Below, piece by piece: positions 17,957 to 26,055 of a DNA stretch of 49,455 nt. The number at the start of each line of letters is the position of its first letter. Position 1 is the stretch's first letter. A model generated the notes under the pieces. The model saw nothing but the letters and a program-made list of their open reading frames with translations, was not told the DNA's origin and ran no database searches. Source of the stretch: a bacterium (lineage in GTDB: Bacteria > Patescibacteriota > Patescibacteriia > Patescibacteriales > GWC2-42-12); assembly GCA_030649205.1 (NCBI GenBank), contig JAUSGE010000014.1, forward strand, positions 94,717-144,171, read 5' to 3'. Both the position numbers and the translations under genes were made by a program.

Positions 17957-20827
17957 ATGAGCATAATTGATAAAATTTTTGGCGATCCGAATGAAAAGGT
18001 GTTAAAAAATTTGCGGCCGATCGCTGGCCAGATTAATAGTTTGGAAAAAAAATATCAGGCTATGAGCGATGAAGAATTGCGGGCGCAAACAGGAGAGCTG
18101 AAGAAGAAGCTGGCAGTAAGCGAGGTTGAAAGAGGCTTAACCTCTATTCTGCCGGAGGCGTTCGCGGTGGCGCGCGAAGCCGCCAAAAGAGTTCTGGGCC
18201 AGAGGCATTACGACGTTCAGTTGCTGGGCGGACTGGCCTTGCATCAAGGGCAAATCGCGGAAATGAGAACTGGCGAGGGCAAGACATTGGTCGCGACCTT
18301 GCCGGCTTACTTAAACGCGCTCACCGGCCAGGGCGTGCATGTGATTACGGTCAATGATTATTTGGCCAAGCGCGACTGCGAATGGATGGGGCGGGTCTAT
18401 GATTTTTTGGGGTTGACGGTTGGATGTATAACGCATGAAACAGCGTATGTTTATCAACAAACAGAAACCCCCCCTATCCCCCTTTCAAAGGGGGGCGAAG
18501 GGGGGTTAATTCTGGTGCCGCGAAAACAGGCCTACGCTTGCGACATTCTCTATGGCACGAACAATGAGTTTGGTTTTGATTATTTGCGCGATAATATGGT
18601 GCCGGATTTGGCCTCCATGGCGCAGCGCGGCCTGAATTTCGCTATTGTTGACGAAGTGGATTCAATTTTAATTGATGAGGCGCGCACCCCGCTAATCATC
18701 AGCGCGCCAGCCGAAGAGTCAACCGAGAAATACTACCGTTTTTCCGAATTGGTGGAGCGCCTCACGGAAAACGATGATTATAATGTTGACGAGAAAATGC
18801 GCGCCGCCACTTTAACCGAAGCCGGCATCGCCAAGATGGAAAAAATGATGGGCGTGGAAAATATTTACACCTCGGCCGGCTTGGGCGACGTGCACCATAT
18901 TGAGCAGGCGTTAAAAGCGCGAGTGCTGTTTAAGCGCGATCGCGATTATGTGATTAAGGAGGGAGAGGTGATCATCGTGGATGAGTTCACCGGCCGTTTG
19001 ATGTTCGGCCGGCGCTACAGCGAAGGCTTGCATCAGGCGATTGAAGCCAAAGAGAAAGTGGAAATTCAGCGCGAGTCGCAGACTCTGGCCACCATCACCT
19101 TTCAAAATTACTTCAGAATGTATAAAAAATTGGCCGGCATGACCGGCACGGCCGTAACCGAAGCCGAGGAATTTGCCAAAATATATAAGCTGGAAACCGT
19201 GGTCATCCCGCCCAACCGGCTGATGGTTAGGCAGGATTTAAATGATTTGATTTATCGCACGGAAATGGGAAAATTCACGGCCGTGGTGGAGGAAGTTAAG
19301 CGCCGGCACGCCACCGGCCAGCCGGTTTTGGTGGGCACCATCTCCATTGAAAAAAATGAACTCTTGGGCGAACTGATGGAGCGCCAAGGCTTGCGCCCGC
19401 AAATTTTAAACGCCAAGCATCACGAAAAAGAAGCGCAGATTATTTCCCAAGCCGGCCGTTTAGGCGCGGTTACTATTGCCACTAACATGGCCGGACGAGG
19501 CGTTGATATTATTCTTGGCGGAAATCCCACCGACCCTGATGAACAGGTAAAAGTTAAACAGGCCGGCGGTATGCACATCATCGGCACGGAACGGCATGAA
19601 GCCAGGCGCATTGACAACCAATTGCGCGGCCGCGCCGGCCGCCAGGGCGATCCGGGCTCGTCGCAATTTTACGTTTCCATGGAAGACGATTTGATGCGGA
19701 TTTTCGGCGGCGACCGCATGAAAAATCTGATGTCGGCCCTTAAAGTGCCGGAAGACATGCCCATTGAAAACAGCCTGGTGTCGCGCTCCATTGAATCGGC
19801 CCAGCGCAAAGTGGAAGGCAATAATTTTGACATCAGAAAACATTTGGTGGAATACGATGACGTTATTAATAAGCATCGGGAAACGATTTATAAAAAGCGC
19901 CGTGAAATTTTGGAAATAGCGGAAGGGTTTATTCCGTCATCCTCGGGCGACCCCGCACTTGATGCGGGGGAGAACCCGGGGATCCAGAAAGAAGTTGAAA
20001 TGCAAAATCATCTTGATTCCCGCCTGCGCCCGCCTCGGCTTCGCTCCGGCGAGACGGGCGGGAATGACGGCAATAATCTGTCCGCCATAATTCTGGAAAT
20101 GATTGCCAATGAAATTGACCAGGCCGTGATTTTCCATACCGCGGCGGAAAGCGCAGGAGATTGGAATATCAAGGAAATTTATCAAATGACATCCACAATT
20201 TTTAACGTTGAACCGAAATTGCAGGATGAATTGGCCGGCTTCTTGAAAAACGGCGATAAATTGGACAAAGTAAAAGTCAGAACAAAAATATGCGAGCATT
20301 TGGTTGAGCTGGCGAAAGTTAATTATGAAAAAATATCTAAGCTGGCTCATGAAGCCGGCATAAATTGGACGCAGGTGGAAAAGGCCGTCTTAATCAGATC
20401 GATTGACATGCTCTGGGTTGAGCACTTGGAGGCCATGGACCATATGCGCGCCGGCATCGGCTTGCGCGGCTACGGCCAGCGCGATCCGCTGATAGAATAC
20501 AAAAAAGAAGCTTATATTTTATACAATGAACTGAATAATCTGATTCAAAAGCAGGTGGTCTACTCGGTTTTTAAAGTGGCGGATTTGGGCAATTTCGCGG
20601 CGCCTATTCTGAAAATCGGTCCGCAAAAGTTAAGCGCGCCGGCCAAGACCATGGAAAAAAACTCCGGCTCGTTTTCCGAGTTTAAAAAAACTGATGCCGG
20701 AAAAATAAATGAAACCATTGACTTGGTTCATGAAAAAGTAAAAGACGCTGAAGGCCAAAAAGTCGGGCGCAACGACCCTTGTCCGTGCGGGTCGGGTAAA
20801 AAATTTAAAAGATGCTGCGGGAAATAA
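17957..20827 (+). CDS. secA: Preprotein translocase ATPase SecA, with in-frame repeat-derived insertions
   Basis: EMRTGEGKT, VDEVDSILIDEARTPLIIS, ATNMAGRGVDI, RIDNQLRGRAGRQGDPG, C-terminal SEC-C GRNDPCPCGSGKKFKRCC. Confidence 0.98.
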   Translation: MSIIDKIFGDPNEKVLKNLRPIAGQINSLEKKYQAMSDEELRAQTGELKKKLAVSEVERGLTSILPEAFAVAREAAKRVLGQRHYDVQLLGGLALHQGQIAEMRTGEGKTLVATLPAYLNALTGQGVHVITVNDYLAKRDCEWMGRVYDFLGLTVGCITHETAYVYQQTETPPIPLSKGGEGGLILVPRKQAYACDILYGTNNEFGFDYLRDNMVPDLASMAQRGLNFAIVDEVDSILIDEARTPLIISAPAEESTEKYYRFSELVERLTENDDYNVDEKMRAATLTEAGIAKMEKMMGVENIYTSAGLGDVHHIEQALKARVLFKRDRDYVIKEGEVIIVDEFTGRLMFGRRYSEGLHQAIEAKEKVEIQRESQTLATITFQNYFRMYKKLAGMTGTAVTEAEEFAKIYKLETVVIPPNRLMVRQDLNDLIYRTEMGKFTAVVEEVKRRHATGQPVLVGTISIEKNELLGELMERQGLRPQILNAKHHEKEAQIISQAGRLGAVTIATNMAGRGVDIILGGNPTDPDEQVKVKQAGGMHIIGTERHEARRIDNQLRGRAGRQGDPGSSQFYVSMEDDLMRIFGGDRMKNLMSALKVPEDMPIENSLVSRSIESAQRKVEGNNFDIRKHLVEYDDVINKHRETIYKKRREILEIAEGFIPSSSGDPALDAGENPGIQKEVEMQNHLDSRLRPPRLRSGETGGNDGNNLSAIILEMIANEIDQAVIFHTAAESAGDWNIKEIYQMTSTIFNVEPKLQDELAGFLKNGDKLDKVKVRTKICEHLVELAKVNYEKISKLAHEAGINWTQVEKAVLIRSIDMLWVEHLEAMDHMRAGIGLRGYGQRDPLIEYKKEAYILYNELNNLIQKQVVYSVFKVADLGNFAAPILKIGPQKLSAPAKTMEKNSGSFSEFKKTDAGKINETIDLVHEKVKDAEGQKVGRNDPCPCGSGKKFKRCCGK
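18466..18507. repeat. C/G-run palindromic REP unit in-frame in secA (related half at 28897-28914)
   Basis: AACCCCCCCTATCCCCCTTTCAAAGGGGGGCGAAGGGGGGTT; encodes TPPIPLSKGGEGG. Confidence 0.75.
19934..20070. repeat. Family B doublet (GTCAT..GGATCCAG / GATTCCCGCCTGCG..GGGAATGAC) with nested hairpins, in-frame in secA
   Basis: CCGTCAT...ATGACGG ends; right arm matches the intergenic copy at 23156. Confidence 0.85.
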
Positions 20828-20834
20828 TTTTTAT

Positions 20835-20905
20835 TTCTGCCCGGCTTTAGCCGGAGTTATTTTAAATGTTGTCGCTCCCTAACGACCTGCTAAAGCAGGG
20901 TAGAA
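20835..20905. repeat. REP doublet CCCGGCTTTAGCCGG / GCTAAAGCAGGGTAGAA (second copy 30978-31031)
   Basis: Two inverted short hairpins; homologous copy between mreC and murB. Confidence 0.75.
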
Positions 20906-20914
20906 TTAATTTAT

Positions 20915-21613
20915 ATGCGCCTTGCGTTTAATAATAATCCGCAAATAATCGCCGGTCTGTCCGAGTGGCCGGACAGGTCAATGGTTTGGTGGAACCGGTT
21001 GCCGGTGGACGAAGCTGTTCTGGCGAACAGAGACGGCTATTTTAAAAAGCAGGGGATTGATCCGGCGCGGGTAGCGGCTGGCGGCATTGCTCATGGCACT
21101 AACGTGGCGGTCGTTGGAGAGCTGGATGCTGGCAAATATCTCATGAACACGGACGCGCTGATTACTAATGCGCCAAATCTGTTTCTGTCAATTACCATAG
21201 CCGATTGTTTGCCTGTTTATTTTTATGACGCGGCGGCTAAAGGTGTCGGCTTGGCGCACGCGGGCTGGCGAGGCTTAATCGGCGGTCTACTGGAAAGCAC
21301 AGTTTCTGAAATGCAAAGATCATATAACTCAAAGACTGAAGATTTGAAAATTATTATCGGGCCGCATATCTGCGCTCGCCATTATGAAGTGGACGAAGAC
21401 GTAGCGGAGCAATTTGCCGAACAAAATATTGAGCGCCGTGACGGACGCCCTTATTTAAACTTAGCCGGTGAAGCCGAATCACGCTTACGTACGCTGGGCG
21501 TGAAACAGACCTCCGTTAGCCCGATCTGCACTTATGAAGACCAAAAATTTTTTTCCGCCCGGCGCGATAAGGTTGAGCCGTTACAGGGTATGGTAGCGTA
21601 TATTGGGATGTAG
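20915..21613 (+). CDS. pgeF: YfiH/PgeF family purine nucleoside phosphorylase / peptidoglycan editing factor
   Basis: HG, TDALIT, ADCLPV, AHAGWRG, IGPHIC, CTYE..FFSARRD. Confidence 0.88.
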   Translation: MRLAFNNNPQIIAGLSEWPDRSMVWWNRLPVDEAVLANRDGYFKKQGIDPARVAAGGIAHGTNVAVVGELDAGKYLMNTDALITNAPNLFLSITIADCLPVYFYDAAAKGVGLAHAGWRGLIGGLLESTVSEMQRSYNSKTEDLKIIIGPHICARHYEVDEDVAEQFAEQNIERRDGRPYLNLAGEAESRLRTLGVKQTSVSPICTYEDQKFFSARRDKVEPLQGMVAYIGM

Positions 21614-21639
21614 TCCTTGTCATTCCGGCCTCCATCTTA

Positions 21640-21671
21640 TTTTGTCATTCCCGCGCAGGCGGGAATCCAGA
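21640..21671 (+). repeat. Family B left arm; perfect 32-bp inverted repeat of 23156-23187
   Basis: TTTTGTCATTCCCGCGCAGGCGGGAATCCAGA. Confidence 0.9.
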
Positions 21672-21749
21672 GTTTATTGAGTTGAAGATGTAACATAATC
21701 TAATTGCCAAATACCCATTTATCATTTAAATAATGACAGAGCTATATCT

Positions 21750-22283
21750 ATGACTAAAATTAAAAAATGGAAAATTTTAAAACGGGAAGATGTATTTAAA
21801 AAATATGGGCGAGGCTTGGAAAAAGTAATTTTTAAAATGCCGGACGGACGCGAGTCTGACTATTATCTATCTAAAGTTGAACAGCCGGTTTGTGTTTTAG
21901 CTTTGACTAAAGATAAAAAAGTTATTTTGGCCAAGCAATTCAGACCGGGTCCGAATAAAATATTACTGGGATTGCCGGGCGGCATGATTGATGGAGGAGA
22001 GAGTGCGAAACCGGCCATGGCCCGTGAATTATTGGAAGAAACGGGTTATCGGGGCAAATTGAAATTTATTACTCGCTGTTTTGAATGCGCATATTCAAAT
22101 GTTCATCGCTATTGTTTTGTGGCCACCGATTGCGTCAAAATTTCCGAACCCAAATCCGAGCCAGGCGAATATATAGAAGTTGTACTCTTGCCGCTAAATA
22201 AATTCAGACAATTATTAAGAAGCGGACAAATGACTGATATAGAAGCCGGCTATTTAGGGCTGGATTGTTTAAAATTGATTTAG
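21750..22283 (+). CDS. NUDIX hydrolase (ADP-ribose pyrophosphatase-like)
   Basis: KQFRPG, LPGGMIDGGESAKPAMARELLEETGY Nudix box. Confidence 0.88.
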   Translation: MTKIKKWKILKREDVFKKYGRGLEKVIFKMPDGRESDYYLSKVEQPVCVLALTKDKKVILAKQFRPGPNKILLGLPGGMIDGGESAKPAMARELLEETGYRGKLKFITRCFECAYSNVHRYCFVATDCVKISEPKSEPGEYIEVVLLPLNKFRQLLRSGQMTDIEAGYLGLDCLKLI

Positions 22284-22326
22284 GATCGCTATGCTAAAGC
22301 CGGAAATTGATTTACAAAAATTTTAT

Positions 22327-22429
22327 AAACAAAAACACCCTTGAAATTCAAGAGAGTTTTTATTGTGCCTGCTTATCGGCTTATGCTCCGTTGCCGGATT
22401 AGCCGAACGGGCTTGCGCCCGCAAGCACA
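22327..22429 (-). ncRNA. Candidate orphan structured sRNA with own promoter and terminator
   Basis: Minus-strand TTGACA-17-TACCAT ends 6 nt before a closing stem GTGCTTGC/GCAGGCAC that encloses two GCAA-tetraloop hairpins; followed by a hairpin + T-run. Confidence 0.55.
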
Positions 22430-22434
22430 TTATT

Positions 22435-22483
22435 ATGGTATACTATCTTTAATGTCTTGTCAACATCATGAATATGTTATACT
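22435..22483. promoter_or_regulatory. Overlapping divergent promoters (sRNA on minus strand, peptidase E on plus strand)
   Basis: Minus: TTGACA (22463-22458) / TACCAT (22440-22435); plus: TGnTATACT at 22475-22483. Confidence 0.5.
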
Positions 22484-22495
22484 TGTAGATAATTT

Positions 22496-23128
22496 ATGAA
22501 AACCATATTATTAACCTCCAGCGGAAAATTTGTTACTGACGGCGATATGTCGTTTTTGGATAAGCCGATCAGCCGGATGAAAATTGCTTACATTACAACC
22601 GCGGCCAAGGGCGCGCGGGATAATAGTTATGTAACTGCGTGCAAACAGAGAATGACTGAATTGAATTTTGATTTTGAAGAAATAGACATTGAAGGAAAGA
22701 ATGAAGACAAATTAATGAAAATGCTGTCTGACAAAGAAGTTATTTTTGTTGAAGGCGGGAATACTTCTTATCTTTTAAAAGCCGTGCGTGAGAGCAGTTT
22801 TGATAAAGTAGTAAAAAATTTAATAGACAGGGGTGTAATTTATATCGGTTCCAGCGCCGGTTCATATATCGCTTGTCCGACAATAGAAGTGTCCACCTGG
22901 AAAAAGCCGGGAGAAGAAAAAGAAAGATTCGGAGTTACGGATTTAACTGCCATGAATATCGTCCCATTTTTGGTGAAAGCACATTACACGCCGGAGCAAA
23001 AAGAATTTTTAAAAGAAAAAATAAAGAACGCAAAATATCCGGTGAAAATTTTAACCGATGAACAGGCGTTACTGGTTAGGAATGGAAAAGTTAAGTTATT
23101 GGGACGAGGGGAGGAGATAAGGATTTGA
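22496..23128 (+). CDS. Peptidase E (family S51)
   Basis: LLTSSG, IAYITTA, IFVEGGNT, YIGSSAGS, KAHY. Confidence 0.88.
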   Translation: MKTILLTSSGKFVTDGDMSFLDKPISRMKIAYITTAAKGARDNSYVTACKQRMTELNFDFEEIDIEGKNEDKLMKMLSDKEVIFVEGGNTSYLLKAVRESSFDKVVKNLIDRGVIYIGSSAGSYIACPTIEVSTWKKPGEEKERFGVTDLTAMNIVPFLVKAHYTPEQKEFLKEKIKNAKYPVKILTDEQALLVRNGKVKLLGRGEEIRI

Positions 23129-23155
23129 ATATTTTTTGTCTTCCTACCGCTGAAA

Positions 23156-23229
23156 TCTGGATTCCCGCCTGCGCGGGAATGACAAAAAAGTGAGATTGCC
23201 ACGCCGCGATTACGCGGCTCGCAATGACA
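23156..23229. repeat. Family B right arm (23156-23187) followed by family A right arm (23191-23229)
   Basis: TCTGGATTCCCGCCTGCGCGGGAATGACAAAA and TGAGATTGCCACG...CTCGCAATGACA. Confidence 0.88.
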
Positions 23230-23235
23230 ATGCAT

Positions 23236-23718
23236 ATGATCACCTGCGAATTTGAAGACCACGGCCGGGCCAAACTGCGGCACGTGACCGTGGGCGTGCT
23301 GGTGGTGAAAGATAATCAAATACTTTTAGGCTTGCGCGGCACCTATCATGGCCGGCCGATTTTGGAGTCGGGCAAATGGGGGCCGCTGGGCGGCTACATG
23401 GAACGGGATGAGAATTTAGCCGGAACCGCCAGACGGGAAGTCATGGAAGAAAGCGGCTGGGAAATTGCCAATCTGAAACTGTTAAGAATAAATGACAATC
23501 CAAACCGGCCGGCCGAGGACCGGCAAAATGTTGATATGATTTTTATGGCCGAGGCGGTTAGACAGGTTGGAACCGGCGATGAAGAAGTGGCCGAGCTTAA
23601 ATGGTTTGACTTGGATAATCTGCCGCCCAGGGAGCAGATTGCTTTTGATCACGCGGATAATTTTGAGCTTTATAAAAAATACCGGCAGGAGAGGTTTGAT
23701 TTGCCGGTAATCGGGTAA
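23236..23718 (+). CDS. NUDIX hydrolase
   Basis: MITCEFED, LRHVTV, GGYMERDENLAGTARREVMEESGW, IAFDH; upstream ATGs lie in or at the edge of the repeat. Confidence 0.85.
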   Translation: MITCEFEDHGRAKLRHVTVGVLVVKDNQILLGLRGTYHGRPILESGKWGPLGGYMERDENLAGTARREVMEESGWEIANLKLLRINDNPNRPAEDRQNVDMIFMAEAVRQVGTGDEEVAELKWFDLDNLPPREQIAFDHADNFELYKKYRQERFDLPVIG

Positions 23719-23766
23719 TGGGAGGGGGTATTGATTTAATTGGAAAGATAATTTACTATTATATAT

Positions 23767-25944
23767 ATGTCTGACAATATCCTGCAGAAGCTGTCTAAGC
23801 CGACGGCGCGCGCCAAAGTTTGGTGGGTGTTTGTTTTAATTATGGTTTTGGCGCTGGCGGCCGGACTGCTGAATTTCGGCGCTTACTATAATAAAGCCGT
23901 GGATAAATTAAAAGCGCCATTGCCTAAAGTAAAAGAGATTCCTTTCAGGCTGGGGCTGGACCTGCTCGGCGGCACGCAGTTAACTTATCAGGCTGATGTT
24001 TCGGCCGTGGCGGCCGCGGAGAAAAATAACGCGGTGGAGGGCGTGCGCGAGGTGATTGAACGGCGCGTTAATGTTTTCGGCGTGAGCGAGCCCAATGTGC
24101 AGATCAATCGCACGGCCGGCGGCGATTATCGCGTCATCGTGGAATTAGCCGGCATTAAGGATATTAAACAGGCCATAAAAATAATCGGCGAAACTCCGCT
24201 TCTGGAATTTAAAGAGCAAAATGAGGCGGTCAGGCAGATGACGCCGGAAGAAGCCAAACAGCTGGCTGACTATAATAAAGCCGCGGAAAAGCAGGCCACT
24301 GAAGTTTTGGGCAAGGTTTTGTCCGGCGGCGATTTTAAGGCTTTGGCCGCGGCTTTCAGCCAGGATGATAAAACTAAAAATTCCGGCGGCGACCTTGGCT
24401 ATATAAACGAAAAAGATAATGCCGAATTATATAACCTGGCAAAAAATATTCCAGCGGGAAAAACCAGTACTGACTTGGGACGAATTGCCGGTGGTTTTGA
24501 AATTCTTAAAGTTGACGCTAAACAAGTAAAAACCGATCCATTTAACCAGACCGCGGAAAAGCAGGTTAAAGCCTCGCATTTGTTAATTTGCTGGACCGGT
24601 TTGAGCGGCTGTGAAAGCGGTCTGACGCGCCAGCAGGCCTTAGACAAAATTAATAAATTAAAAGCGCAAGCCACGCCGGCCAACTTTTCCGATTTGGTAA
24701 AGCAAAATTCCACCGAGCCGGGAGCCAAGGCGTCGGGCGGCGATTTGGGCTGGTTTGGCATTGGCGCCATGGTCAAACCGTTTGAAGACGCGGTTTTTAA
24801 ACAGGCCGCGGGCACGATTGTCGGACCGGTGGAAACTGATTTTGGTTGGCACTTAATTTATAAACAAGACGAAAAAAATATTGATGAAATAAAGGTGAGC
24901 CATATTTTCATTAAAACCAAGACCCAGGAAGATTTTATCGGCCAGCAGAGCGACTGGAAGAATACCGAGCTGACCGGCAGGAATTTGACTTCGGCTATCG
25001 TGGAATTTAATTCCAATTATGGCTCGCCCGAAGTGTCTCTGGCTTTTGACAGCCAGGGCGCGAAAATGTTTGAAGACATCACCGCGCGCAATGTGGGCAA
25101 GCCGGTGGCGATTTATTTGGACGGCTATCCTATCAGCATGCCGAATGTTAATGAAAAAATCAGCGGCGGCAAAGCCGTAATTTCCGGTAAGTTCAGCATT
25201 ACTGAAGCCAAGCTGTTGGCGCAGAGGCTGAATGCCGGAGCCTTGCCCGTGCCTATAAATTTGGTCAATCAGGAAACCATTGGTCCGAGCTTGGGGCAAA
25301 AATCAGTAGCCGACAGCTTAAAAGCCGGCCTGATTGCCTTCATTATCATCGCTTTATTCATGATAATTTTCTACCGTTTGCCCGGCTTAATGTCCGTATT
25401 TGCTCTGGCAGTCTACAGCCTGCTGGTCTTCGCTATGTTTAAGATCGGCTTTTCCATGGCGGCCTTGGTTTTGGTGGGCATATTTCTCTTGGTCGGCATT
25501 ACGATTAACGCTTGGTTTATTTTGTTCGCCTTTTTAAGTTATATATTATTATATTTCATTGGCGGCTTGTCGCCGGTGACTTTAACCTTGTCCGGCCTGG
25601 CCGGAGCCATCGTGTCCGTGGGCATGGCCGTGGATGCCAACATTTTAATTTTTGCCAGAATGAAAGAGGAAATAGCCAACGGCCGTCCGCTGACCAGCGC
25701 CATAGAAGAAGGCTTTAAACGCGCTTGGCCATCCATCAGGGACAGTAACTTTAACACCCTGTTGACTTGTCTAATCTTGATCGTGTTCACAACCAGCGCG
25801 GTCAAAGGCTTCGCGGTGACTCTGGGCTTGGGAGTCATTATATCCATGTTCACGGCCATTTTTATTACGCGCAATTTTTTAAGCCTGATACCGGCGGCCT
25901 GGCTGGAAAAAAGGCACGGGCTGATTACATCAGTGAAAAAATAA
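23767..25944 (+). CDS. secD: Protein translocase subunit SecD with two inserted parvulin (PpiC/rotamase) domains
   Basis: LGLDLLGG, IERRVNVFGVSEP, LNAGALPVP, IGPSLG, GMAVDANILIF, IRDSN; internal GGDLGY and SHLLI..GGDLGWF..MVKPFEDAVF..VETDFGWHLI. Confidence 0.93.
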   Translation: MSDNILQKLSKPTARAKVWWVFVLIMVLALAAGLLNFGAYYNKAVDKLKAPLPKVKEIPFRLGLDLLGGTQLTYQADVSAVAAAEKNNAVEGVREVIERRVNVFGVSEPNVQINRTAGGDYRVIVELAGIKDIKQAIKIIGETPLLEFKEQNEAVRQMTPEEAKQLADYNKAAEKQATEVLGKVLSGGDFKALAAAFSQDDKTKNSGGDLGYINEKDNAELYNLAKNIPAGKTSTDLGRIAGGFEILKVDAKQVKTDPFNQTAEKQVKASHLLICWTGLSGCESGLTRQQALDKINKLKAQATPANFSDLVKQNSTEPGAKASGGDLGWFGIGAMVKPFEDAVFKQAAGTIVGPVETDFGWHLIYKQDEKNIDEIKVSHIFIKTKTQEDFIGQQSDWKNTELTGRNLTSAIVEFNSNYGSPEVSLAFDSQGAKMFEDITARNVGKPVAIYLDGYPISMPNVNEKISGGKAVISGKFSITEAKLLAQRLNAGALPVPINLVNQETIGPSLGQKSVADSLKAGLIAFIIIALFMIIFYRLPGLMSVFALAVYSLLVFAMFKIGFSMAALVLVGIFLLVGITINAWFILFAFLSYILLYFIGGLSPVTLTLSGLAGAIVSVGMAVDANILIFARMKEEIANGRPLTSAIEEGFKRAWPSIRDSNFNTLLTCLILIVFTTSAVKGFAVTLGLGVIISMFTAIFITRNFLSLIPAAWLEKRHGLITSVKK

Positions 25945-25953
25945 TATCAAAAT

Positions 25954-26046
25954 TGTCATTGCGAGCGACCGGAGGGAGCGAAGCAATCTCACATACCCGG
26001 ACATTAACCGTAGATTGCTTCGTCGCTAACGCTCCTCGCAATGACA
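25954..26046. repeat. Family A doublet between secD and secF
   Basis: TGTCATTGCGAGCGACC...CTCGCAATGACA. Confidence 0.9.
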
Positions 26047-26055
26047 GAATGAGTT

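Noticed and set aside
18112-18132. Possible third repeat-derived peptide in SecA (AVSEVE, resembling CTGAGCGAAGTCGAAG-type REP)
   Set aside because: Too degenerate, and no second copy in the window to support it.
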